32,000 bases of DNA. It comes from Acaryochloris marina S15 (GTDB lineage: Bacteria > Cyanobacteriota > Cyanobacteriia > Thermosynechococcales > Thermosynechococcaceae). A program made the position numbers and the translations under genes. The notes under the pieces were generated by a model. That model searched no databases. It was not told the DNA's origin and saw nothing but the letters and a program-made list of their open reading frames with translations. Within the stretch, counting starts at the first letter, position 1. Every line of letters begins with the position of its first letter. Positions 10,401 through 17,234 of this stretch are shown piece after piece. Where the stretch lies: positions 3,390,001-3,422,000 of the forward strand of contig NZ_CP064923.1 of assembly GCF_018336915.1 (NCBI RefSeq), given 5' to 3'.

Positions 10401-10885
10401 TTCTCTGCGATGGCCCGCGCCCCATCATCGCCCACTTCGTTGAAACTCAGATTGAGTGACGAGAGCTGTTGGAGGTTCTCTGCGATGGCCCGCGCCCCGT
10501 CAGCGCCCACTTCGTTGTCACTCAGATCAAGTGACGAGAGCTGTTGGAGGTTCTCTGCGATGGCAGTGATGTCTGTATCCTGCAGGCTGAGGGACCAAAA
10601 GGTGAGAGTTTGCAACCGATTGAGTCGCAATAGTTCAAGGGGGAGACTAGATAACTGGGTGGTAAGTTGGAATACAACGCGCCCCTGAAACTCCTTTGGC
10701 CAATTGTCCATTGATGGTGAAAGGCTAACTTCTGGTCCAAAGAGGGCTAGGTCAGTCCGATGTTCATTGCTGAGCCGCATTAGTAGATCGGGCAATTCAT
10801 CTGGATTTATGCGCTGCAGCCCAGTTTCTCCAGTCATATTAGGTACTCCCAGCTTGTCCATCGGCTTTTTTTGGGTATTGCCCAC
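7454..10885 (-). CDS. ROCO-family multidomain protein: LRR - Roc GTPase - COR - C-terminal TIR-like domain
   Basis: Uninterrupted 1143-aa ORF. It has ten 25-aa LRR units (ENLQQLSSLxLSxNxVGDDGARAIA), a P-loop (GEGGAGKTS) and switch II (WDFGGQ). COR hallmarks are VPAKWVAIRDEL..PYISLDNYF, LSQYLHDLGVFLHF and FELCYRL..WLVPQHL. The C-terminal pattern IRIFLASSAELREDRDAF..CDIFVSLF..GKYTEEEF..PLIYTYF resembles TIR/DUF4062-type domains. Confidence 0.9.
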   Translation of the reverse strand: MGNTQKKPMDKLGVPNMTGETGLQRINPDELPDLLMRLSNEHRTDLALFGPEVSLSPSMDNWPKEFQGRVVFQLTTQLSSLPLELLRLNRLQTLTFWSLSLQDTDITAIAENLQQLSSLDLSDNEVGADGARAIAENLQQLSSLNLSFNEVGDDGARAIAENLQQLSSLDLSDNEVGDDGARAIAENLQQLSSLNLSFNEVGDDGARAIAENLQQLSSLNLSNNNVGDDGARAIAENLQQLSSLNLSFNEVGDDGARAIVENLQQLSSLDLSGNKVGDDGARAIAENLQQLSSLNLRNNNVGDDGARAIAENLQQLSSLNLRNNKVGDDGARAIAENLQQLSSLNLSNNNVGDAVVIAIGQHQTALNDLHLNSNKQITTVAPLAQLPLVTLNIAETNVVDLSPLKSWVLAKRPIHWSQATWRGVGIYVEDCPLTHPSPEIVKQGPEAVLNYFHEVEAQGVDRLFEAKLLIVGEGGAGKTSILRRMFLPELGLPNEDETTRGIDIHRHEFSMSNGRKFRLNAWDFGGQQIYHATHQFFLTKRSLYVLVDDTRSDHKSVYDEGFKFWLEVVETLSAASPLLIFQNEKGGRSKQIDEVGIRGRFPNVEEFHRGNLEHPCAADKLRQAVEYYIQKLPHIGEDVPAKWVAIRDELKELAKTQPYISLDNYFTVYAGHLEADLDKALKLSQYLHDLGVFLHFQEPRELRRTIFLQNQWMTDAVFRILDDENVKSQQGRFTLDDCDRLWSKKGYADKEIELRALMVRFELCYRLPDMNKETWLVPQHLSPSKPSELDNWARSGDLMLTYRYEFLPRGLVSRLIVRVHRFVKQPNLCWLQGALFEHGETKMLVVTAEKGNEIILRSRGPEKKSLLSTIASELDALNDSFQGLKDKVSKWVPCICETCMNLTEPAMFEQKKLIERKSRGKPSIECPNPPDYHDVSVLELLDGMNLEQWLARAKQELPQDNSEIETPEESNQSKSADTVKEKTIRIFLASSAELREDRDAFDLYFRQQNDRLRKQGIYLEVIRWENFLDAMSTTRLQNEYNQKIRHCDIFVSLFKTKTGKYTEEEFDVAYKTFKKTKKPLIYTYFRKTTVSTSDVNVDDLISLRDFKDKLSNLSHFYKEYESIEGLQGHFRGQLDKLREDKRL
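7457..7939 (-). other. TIR-like (STIR-superfamily, DUF4062-like pattern) domain plus C-terminal helical tail, aa 983-1143 of the ROCO protein
   Basis: Alternating strand and helix segments: IRIFLASS / YLEVIRWE / CDIFVSLF / PLIYTYF. An acidic EEE (aa 1063-1065, nt 7691-7699) follows the third strand. The assignment rests on remembered family patterns, not on a search. Confidence 0.6.
8051..8992 (-). other. COR (C-terminal of Roc) domain, aa ~632-945
   Basis: PAKWVAIRDELKELAKTQPYISLDNYF, YLHDLGVFLHFQ, IFLQNQWMTDAVFRILD and FELCYRLPDMNKETWLVPQHL. It ends in a Cys motif, CICETC..(26 aa)..C. Confidence 0.8.
8993..9490 (-). other. Roc (Ras of complex proteins) GTPase domain, aa ~466-631
   Basis: G1 is GEGGAGKTS (nt 9446-9472), switch I is TTRGIDI, and G3 is DFGGQ. 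The G4 NKxD motif is not canonical (FQNEKGG / SKQID). Confidence 0.85.
9686..10654 (-). other. Leucine-rich repeat region (RI-like 25-aa units followed by degenerate units), aa ~78-400
   Basis: The LxxLxLxxNxVG periodicity is visible directly in the translation. Confidence 0.9.
9831..10580. repeat. Ten in-frame 75-bp tandem repeats (coding, LRR units)
   Basis: Period of exactly 75 nt. Unit 10131-10205 is identical 75/75 to unit 10281-10355. Blocks 10281-10430 and 10431-10580 form a near-identical 150-bp super-unit. Confidence 0.95.
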
Positions 10886-10990
10886 CCTCTATTTCTCGAT
10901 GTGTTTTATCCATTACCATCAATATTTCTTGACCTTCTCAATACAATATCTCAGCCGAATCAGTGACATTTACGCATTTATCTCTATGCC

Positions 10991-11060
10991 AGAGCAATGC
11001 TAGCCCTATGACACCAGAATTCGGGTTACCTGTGATTGAACATTACAAAACGGTGAAATC
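10991..11060. repeat. Right copy of the direct repeat flanking the LRR-Roc-COR gene
   Basis: Matches 7313..7382 in the same orientation. It lies 64 bp upstream of the pip ATG and about 105 bp upstream of the ROCO gene start. Confidence 0.85.
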
Positions 11061-11123
11061 AGTGGTCCTGAGTCGGGAGACCTTTTATCTTGAAGGACAA
11101 GAGATAGCTGTTGGACCTCCAAA

Positions 11124-12074
11124 ATGCGCGAACTTTACCCAGTCATCACCCCTTATACAACGGGTAAACTCCAAGTTTCTGATCTGCATACCCTCCATTA
11201 CGAAGAAGTGGGAAATCCCCAGGGGAAACCAGCTATATTTCTGCACGGGGGACCCGGGGGCGGCATTGATCCGGTCTATCGACAGTATTTTGATCCACAG
11301 GAATGGCGGTTAGTGCTGTTTGACCAGCGGGGTTGCGGGCAAAGCACCCCCCATGCAGAGCTAAAAGAAAACACCACCTGGGATTTAGTCAGGGATATCG
11401 AAACCCTGCGTCAGCATCTCGACATTGATCAGTGGGTAGTCTTTGGAGGGAGTTGGGGCAGTACTTTAGCCCTGGCCTACAGCCAGACCCATCCTGAATC
11501 CTGCAAGGGACTCATCTTGCGGGGGATATTTATGTTGCGTCATCAAGAACTGCAATGGTTCTACCAAGAAGGAGCCAGCAACATTTTCCCAGATGCCTGG
11601 GAAGCCTATCTCCAGCCCATTCCTCTGGAAGAGCGTCAGGATTTAATCAGTGCCTATTACCGCCGACTCACAAGTAACGATCCAAACATTCAACTGGAAG
11701 CGGCCAAAGCCTGGTCCGTCTGGGAGGCCACAACGAGCAAACTGTTGCCCGATCCTGAATTGCAAGAAAAATGTGGTGAAGACACCTTTGCCACGGCCTT
11801 TGCTCGGATTGAATGTCACTATTTCATGAACAAGGGCTTTTTAGACACAGAAGATCAGCTGATGCGGGGATGCGATCGCATCCAGCATCTCCCCATCGTT
11901 ATTGTTCAAGGCCGTTATGATGTCGTTTGCCCCGTCATTTCAGCCTGGGAACTCCATCAGCAACTTCCTCAATCAGAGCTGCAAATCATTGCCGATGCCG
12001 GCCATTCCATTACAGAACCTGGCATTCGCAATGCTTTGATCGAAGCAACCGACCGCTTTGCTCAAATTCCATGA
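11124..12074 (+). CDS. pip: Prolyl aminopeptidase (proline iminopeptidase), alpha/beta hydrolase
   Basis: 316 aa. It has HGGPGGG, the nucleophile elbow GGSWGSTLALAY, and C-terminal GRYDVVCP..AGHS. Confidence 0.93.
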   Translation: MRELYPVITPYTTGKLQVSDLHTLHYEEVGNPQGKPAIFLHGGPGGGIDPVYRQYFDPQEWRLVLFDQRGCGQSTPHAELKENTTWDLVRDIETLRQHLDIDQWVVFGGSWGSTLALAYSQTHPESCKGLILRGIFMLRHQELQWFYQEGASNIFPDAWEAYLQPIPLEERQDLISAYYRRLTSNDPNIQLEAAKAWSVWEATTSKLLPDPELQEKCGEDTFATAFARIECHYFMNKGFLDTEDQLMRGCDRIQHLPIVIVQGRYDVVCPVISAWELHQQLPQSELQIIADAGHSITEPGIRNALIEATDRFAQIP

Positions 12075-12322
12075 CATGCCTTGGCTAAGACTTAATTTAT
12101 GCTCCAGCAAGAAAACAAGATCGATGCTTTCAGAGGGGCGGTTTCAGATTACTATGGAAGGAATGGCTGAAACCCTGAAAGACTGGATCAGACATTCCCT
12201 GGCCTTGATCTTTGAGCAAGGACATTGAAATATGCTCAGGGAAGGAAGTAAAGCATTTGGCCTCATTTGAAGCCGCATTTAACCTTCTGCTAGAGTCCGT
12301 AGTTTTAGAGAAAAGAGAACCC

Positions 12323-12568
12323 ATGAGTGAGTCGGAAATTTTTGGCAAAGTAAAAGATATTGTTGCCGAGCAATTAAGTGTTGATGCTGAAAAGGTAACG
12401 CCAGAAGCGAGCTTCCAGAACGATCTAGATGCTGACTCCCTGGATGTTGTGGAAATGGTGATGGCTCTAGAAGAAGAGTTTGATATCGAAATTCCAGACG
12501 AAGCAGCCGAAGAAATCCTTACGGTTCAAGCTGCTGTTAACTTTATCTCAAGCAAAGTAAAGGCTTAG
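12323..12568 (+). CDS. acpP: Acyl carrier protein
   Basis: 81 aa counted from the internal ATG at 12323. It has the phosphopantetheine-attachment motif [10 protein letters not shown]. The upstream part of the 118-aa ORF has no ACP counterpart. Confidence 0.95.
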   Translation: MSESEIFGKVKDIVAEQLSVDAEKVTPEASFQNDLDADSLDVVEMVMALEEEFDIEIPDEAAEEILTVQAAVNFISSKVKA

Positions 12569-12582
12569 CAATCCTGATAGAC

Positions 12583-12610
12583 CGTGTTGCATGCTCTAGC
12601 ATGCAACACG
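12583..12610 (+). promoter_or_regulatory. Perfect 12-bp stem / 4-nt loop hairpin in the acpP-fabF spacer
   Basis: cgtgttgcatgc-tcta-gcatgcaacacg. No U-tract follows it, so it is a candidate partial terminator or mRNA-stability/processing element. Confidence 0.5.
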
Positions 12611-12660
12611 ATTGCTAACCCCTAAATATTTTCATCCTATGCTGATCACATGTGACCATC

Positions 12661-13914
12661 ATGACTAACCTAGAGCCTAAGCGCGTTGTAATTACAGGGC
12701 TGGGGGCCATCACTCCGTTAGGGAATACCCTCTCTGAATACTGGGATGGGTTGCTTGCGGGTCGCAGTGGAATTGGCCCCGTCACCCGGTTTGATGCAGC
12801 TAAGCATGCCTGCCAAATTGCCGGAGAAGTGAAAGGCTTCGATCCACAAGACTATATGGATCGTAAAGACGCCAAACGCATGGACCGTTTTGCTCAATTT
12901 GCGGTGTCTGCCAGCAAACAAGCCCTAGCTGATGCTAACTTCACCATTGACGATACCAATGCAAACGATATCGGTATCATCATCGGCACCGGTATTGGGG
13001 GTCTAAAAGTTCTAGAGGATCAGCAGGAAATTTATCTCACCAAAGGGCCGGATCGCTGCAGCCCCTTTATGATTCCGATGATGATTGCCAATATGGCGGC
13101 AGGCTTAACAGCCATTCATGTGGGTGCTAAAGGTCCTAACTCCTGTTCAGTGACGGCCTGTGCTGCCGGGTCTAACGCCATTGGTGATGCCTTTCGCTTT
13201 GTCCAGAGGGGCTATACCAAAGCGATGATTTGTGGTGGCACCGAAGCTGCAGTGACTCCCTTATCCATGGCTGGATTTGCGGCCTGTCGAGCCCTCTCCA
13301 CCCGCAATGATGATCCCACAAAAGCCAGCCGCCCGTTTGATCGTGATCGGGATGGTTTTGTCCTGGGAGAAGGAGTTGGCATTCTCTTAATTGAAGAATT
13401 AGAGCATGCTCTAGCGCGAGGCGCCAAAATTTACGCCGAGCTGATTGGCTATGGGGTCACTTGCGATGCTCATCATATGACATCCCCCTCCCCTGGTGGC
13501 GTTGGCGCGGCCCGAGCCATTGAGTTATGCCTTAAAGACAGTAACTTGTCCCCTGACCAAATCAGCTATATCAATGCCCATGGCACCAGCACGAACGCCA
13601 ACGATACAACGGAAACAGCTGCAATTAAGCATGCAATCGGTGATAATGCTTACCGAGTAGCCATTAGTTCCACAAAATCGATGACGGGTCATTTACTGGG
13701 CGGGTCGGGTGGTATTGAAGCCGTAGCCACTGCCATGGCCATTGCCAATGATCAAGTCCCGCCGACAATTAACCTAGATAATCCTGACGAAGGATGCGAT
13801 TTAGACTATATTCCCCATACCAGCCGTAAATTAACGGTTGATGTTGCTCTTTCCAATTCCTTTGGTTTTGGCGGTCACAATGTCACCCTCGCCTTCCGAA
13901 AATATGCCGATTGA
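12661..13914 (+). CDS. fabF: 3-oxoacyl-ACP synthase II (KAS II)
   Basis: The ATG at 12661 gives MTNLEPKRVVITGLG. It has the active-site Cys (SVTACAAGSNAIG), the two His motifs (NAHGTSTNANDTTE and GHLLGGSGGIE), and C-terminal NSFGFGGHN. Confidence 0.95.
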   Translation: MTNLEPKRVVITGLGAITPLGNTLSEYWDGLLAGRSGIGPVTRFDAAKHACQIAGEVKGFDPQDYMDRKDAKRMDRFAQFAVSASKQALADANFTIDDTNANDIGIIIGTGIGGLKVLEDQQEIYLTKGPDRCSPFMIPMMIANMAAGLTAIHVGAKGPNSCSVTACAAGSNAIGDAFRFVQRGYTKAMICGGTEAAVTPLSMAGFAACRALSTRNDDPTKASRPFDRDRDGFVLGEGVGILLIEELEHALARGAKIYAELIGYGVTCDAHHMTSPSPGGVGAARAIELCLKDSNLSPDQISYINAHGTSTNANDTTETAAIKHAIGDNAYRVAISSTKSMTGHLLGGSGGIEAVATAMAIANDQVPPTINLDNPDEGCDLDYIPHTSRKLTVDVALSNSFGFGGHNVTLAFRKYAD

Positions 13915-13949
13915 TGTTGGATTTACTTGCCATGATGGCATTGATATTT

Positions 13950-13977
13950 GAGGCTTGTCTGTTCCAAGCCTCTTTTT
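13950..13977 (+). terminator. Rho-independent terminator after fabF
   Basis: Stem gaggctt / aagcctc, a 9-nt loop, then ttttt. Confidence 0.75.
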
Positions 13978-14061
13978 GACGCCCATAGAAAACATAGACA
14001 ACGTCGTTTTCTTGCCGCTTATTCCTTCTTGCCGTTCAGTAAATACTAAAAATTCAAGCTT

Positions 14062-16068
14062 ATGGTTGTTGCGACCCAATCCCTAGACGAACTTTGTATT
14101 AATGCAATTCGTTTCCTGGCCATTGATGCCGTCGAAAAAGCCAAATCGGGACACCCAGGTTTACCCATGGGTGCCGCTCCCATGGCCTATGTCCTTTGGG
14201 ACCGCATCATGCGGTTTAATCCCAAAAATCCTTATTGGTTTAACCGTGATCGGTTTGTGCTGTCCGCCGGGCATGGCTGCATGTTGCAGTATGCTCTTTT
14301 GCACCTGACGGGATTTAACAGTGTTTCCCTTGATGAAATCAAGAATTTCCGTCAGTGGGGTTCCAAAACCCCTGGACACCCTGAGAACTTTGAAACCCCT
14401 GGGGTTGAAGTCACGACAGGGCCTTTGGGACAAGGAATTTGTAATGCCGTGGGTTTAGCCATGGCCGAAGCCCACTTGGCTGCCAAGTTCAACAGACCCG
14501 AGCATACTCTCGTTGATCACTACTCCTACGCCATCTTGGGGGATGGTTGCAACATGGAAGGGGTTTCTGGTGAAGCCTGTTCCTTGGCGGGTCACTTGGG
14601 ATTGGGCAAGTTAATTGCCCTTTACGATGACAACCATATTTCCATTGATGGTTCCACAGATATTTCCTTTACAGAAGATGTGGGCAAGCGCTTTGAAGCC
14701 TATGGTTGGCATGTTCAGCATGTTGAGAATGGCAACACCGATTTAGACGGGATTCAGAAGGCCATTGAAGCGGCTAAAGCTGTAACCGATAAGCCTTCGC
14801 TGATTAAAGTGACGACCACCATTGGTTATGGATCCCCCAATCGGGCCGATACTGCTGGTATTCATGGTGCCGCTCTTGGGGATGCAGAGATTAAAGCCAC
14901 CCGAGAAAATCTTGGCTGGAATCATGAGCCCTTTGATATTCCTGCTGATGTCCTGTCTCATTGCCGCCAAGCAGTCGATCGAGGCGCTACGGCTGAATCA
15001 GAATGGGATGCAATCATGGCCTCCTATCGGACTAAATATCCAGCTGAAGCGGCAGAATTTGAGCGGATGGTGAAAGGAGAACTCCCAGCCAATTGGGATA
15101 AATCTCTACCCAGCTACACTCCAGCAGATAAAGGACTCGCCACACGAAAGCATTCTGAAATCACAATTAATGCTTTGGCCGGTGCAATTCCTGAGTTGAT
15201 TGGTGGATCCGCTGACCTAACCCACTCCAATCTGACCGAAATCAAAGGTTCAGGGAATTTCCAAAAGGGAGATTACAATAATCGCAACCTTCGATTTGGG
15301 GTACGTGAGCATGGCATGGGTGCCATCTGTAACGGGATTGCCTTACATAATTCCGGTTTAATTCCCTACTGCGCCACCTTCTTGGTGTTCGCAGACTATA
15401 TGAGAGCCGCCATTCGCCTCTCTGCCCTGGCAGAAGCGGGGGTTATCTACGTCATGACCCATGACTCCATTGGCTTAGGTGAGGATGGTCCAACTCACCA
15501 ACCCGTCGAAACGGTTGCCTCATTGCGAACAATTCCCAATTTAACGGTGATTCGACCAGCAGATGGTAACGAGGTTTCTGGAGCGTATAAAGTTGCGATC
15601 GCACATCGCAAATCCCCTACGCTCATTGCCTTCACTCGTCAGGCCCTCCCCAATTTGGCTGGCAGCTCCATTGATGCCGTAGCTAAGGGCGCTTACATCA
15701 TGTCTGATAGTGATGGCACGCCTGACATGATCATGCTGGCCACTGGCAGTGAAGTTCATCTTTGTGAGCAAGCGGCTGAGCAGCTTCGTTCCGAAGGCAA
15801 GAAGGTTCGAGTGGTTTCCATGCCCTCGTGGGAATTGTTCGAAGCCCAAACTCCTGAATATAAAGAGTCCGTTTTGCCCAAAGCAATCACCAAGCGTCTA
15901 TCGGTGGAAGCCGGAGCTGATTTCGGCTGGCATCGGTATATTGGCTTCGAAGGTCAAGCTATCAGCATTAACCGCTTTGGTGCCTCTGCTCCTGGCAATA
16001 CTTGCCTAGAACAGTTTGGCTTCACCGTTGAGAACGTTCTCGCGAAAGCCAAGGATCTGCTGAGCTAA
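14062..16068 (+). CDS. tkt: Transketolase
   Basis: 668 aa. It has the SGHPG and GDGCNMEG thiamine-diphosphate motifs, and conservation typical of transketolase runs along the full length. Confidence 0.97.
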   Translation: MVVATQSLDELCINAIRFLAIDAVEKAKSGHPGLPMGAAPMAYVLWDRIMRFNPKNPYWFNRDRFVLSAGHGCMLQYALLHLTGFNSVSLDEIKNFRQWGSKTPGHPENFETPGVEVTTGPLGQGICNAVGLAMAEAHLAAKFNRPEHTLVDHYSYAILGDGCNMEGVSGEACSLAGHLGLGKLIALYDDNHISIDGSTDISFTEDVGKRFEAYGWHVQHVENGNTDLDGIQKAIEAAKAVTDKPSLIKVTTTIGYGSPNRADTAGIHGAALGDAEIKATRENLGWNHEPFDIPADVLSHCRQAVDRGATAESEWDAIMASYRTKYPAEAAEFERMVKGELPANWDKSLPSYTPADKGLATRKHSEITINALAGAIPELIGGSADLTHSNLTEIKGSGNFQKGDYNNRNLRFGVREHGMGAICNGIALHNSGLIPYCATFLVFADYMRAAIRLSALAEAGVIYVMTHDSIGLGEDGPTHQPVETVASLRTIPNLTVIRPADGNEVSGAYKVAIAHRKSPTLIAFTRQALPNLAGSSIDAVAKGAYIMSDSDGTPDMIMLATGSEVHLCEQAAEQLRSEGKKVRVVSMPSWELFEAQTPEYKESVLPKAITKRLSVEAGADFGWHRYIGFEGQAISINRFGASAPGNTCLEQFGFTVENVLAKAKDLLS

Positions 16069-16090
16069 GGTATTTCAATAATTTGGTTTG

Positions 16091-16124
16091 CAGTCCTCCT
16101 ATTTTTTAGGGGGACTGTTTTTTT
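16091..16124 (+). terminator. Rho-independent terminator after tkt
   Basis: 9-bp stem cagtcctcc / gggggactg (one G-U pair), a 9-nt loop, then ttttttt. Confidence 0.85.
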
Positions 16125-16259
16125 GTATATGGTTCGGCAGACCCACTCAATACAGGGTCAAGTGGCTTTTGCTCAACAAGCTCAGACTACATCGCATTCG
16201 AAATTGCCCCTGTATAATCGAACCAATCTTTGTCGATACCAAGACCCTAAAACGTTGGC

Positions 16260-17210
16260 ATGACTCTTAAACAAGGCATTGCCCAAACCACCTTAATACT
16301 GAGCCTTGGCCTATATATTTTCTATCTATGCCCCTTTATCAATCGCTCTTTCCCTTTGGCTTTAGGAATGGAGTTTTGGCCTTATGTTTGTGTGATTCCT
16401 TGTTTTGGTTTGGGATTTAGACTATTCCACCCAGATCTTCGGGGGCAGCGACTGGGACTCGGATTAGCATCGCTGTTGCTAGTACTCAGTTTTACCCCTT
16501 GGTTTCATTGGTTAGGAATGCCATCCATTGGCACAAAACCGGCAGGGTTGCGGATGATGTCTTATAACATCTGGACCCAAAATCAGGATTATGATGCCAT
16601 TCAACTATCTATTCAGCGAGAAAAGCCCGATATTCTTTTCTTAACAGAGATTACGCTGTCGGCCATGCGTGACTTGAAAAATCGATTGGAGTATCCCTAT
16701 AGCCAACGCTCCAATCGGGGGTCCAATGCCTTTTTTAGTCGCTACCCCATCCTCTCCACTACTCCGGAATATCCTAATGCGACAGACCATGGCCTTACTT
16801 TTAGCCTGGTTGCTCAAATTCAAACACCACAAGAGATACTGACAGTTGTAGGCATTCATCCCCCCATTCCTCTAACCCGTTCTTCGTTTGCAGTTCGCAA
16901 TCAGCAGTTTGAGCGTTTAGCTCCATTTATTCGACAAGTTCCCAATCGAGTCATCGTTCTGGGAGATTTCAATACGTCTCCCTGGTCGCCTTATTTCGAT
17001 CAGTTCTTACAGGAGGCAGATTTGTCTAGTGCAACCCGAGGACAGGGCATTTGGGCAACCTGGAGTTATGAATCCTCTTTGCCTCACTGGTTTGCCAAAA
17101 TCCCTATCGACCATGTTGCCAGTCGTGGGTTTGACTGCATTGACGCTTGGACAGGCCATGCCAATGGATCCGATCATCGACCTGTTATTGCGGAATTAAA
17201 GCCTATTTGA
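16260..17210 (+). CDS. Endonuclease/exonuclease/phosphatase (EEP) family protein with N-terminal TM helices
   Basis: 316 aa. Three hydrophobic N-terminal segments are followed by SYNIW, PDILFLTEI, LGDFNTSPWS, IDHV and SDHRPV. Confidence 0.8.
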   Translation: MTLKQGIAQTTLILSLGLYIFYLCPFINRSFPLALGMEFWPYVCVIPCFGLGFRLFHPDLRGQRLGLGLASLLLVLSFTPWFHWLGMPSIGTKPAGLRMMSYNIWTQNQDYDAIQLSIQREKPDILFLTEITLSAMRDLKNRLEYPYSQRSNRGSNAFFSRYPILSTTPEYPNATDHGLTFSLVAQIQTPQEILTVVGIHPPIPLTRSSFAVRNQQFERLAPFIRQVPNRVIVLGDFNTSPWSPYFDQFLQEADLSSATRGQGIWATWSYESSLPHWFAKIPIDHVASRGFDCIDAWTGHANGSDHRPVIAELKPI

Positions 17211-17234
17211 AATAACAGAAGGATTGAAAGTGAG

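Noticed and set aside
9831-10580. Whether the regular 75-bp periodic repeats could be a CRISPR array.
   Set aside because: There is no alternation of conserved repeats with unique spacers, because the whole 75-bp unit is repeated. It lies inside a long ORF and keeps the frame, and no cas genes are present.
9960-10688. A 242-aa plus-strand ORF with a striking repeated peptide (MARAPSSPT..LRLSDESCWRFSA).
   Set aside because: It is the antisense reading of the 75-bp LRR tandem repeats. The sense frame gives a canonical LRR-Roc-COR protein that is continuous for 1143 codons. The antisense ORF stays open only because the repeat unit happens to lack stop codons in that frame.
7454-10885. Absence of HIP1 (GCGATCGC) inside the ROCO gene as evidence of foreign origin.
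   Set aside because: I found only ten perfect HIP1 sites in 32 kb, so about one would be expected in 3.4 kb. Zero is not informative.
10963-11313. A 116-aa plus-strand ORF covering the right repeat copy and the pip start.
   Set aside because: It overlaps the well-supported pip reading frame out of frame, and the left repeat copy has no equivalent ORF. It is most likely spurious.
12212-12322. An N-terminal extension of the acpP ORF (118 aa in the track).
   Set aside because: ACPs are about 80 aa. The internal ATG at 12323 gives a full-length ACP, and the upstream 37 codons have no ACP counterpart.
16088-16270. A 60-aa plus-strand ORF after tkt.
   Set aside because: It begins inside the tkt terminator hairpin and U-tract and has no recognisable features. 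The region more plausibly holds the promoter of the EEP-family gene, since a perfect TATAAT lies at 16213-16218.
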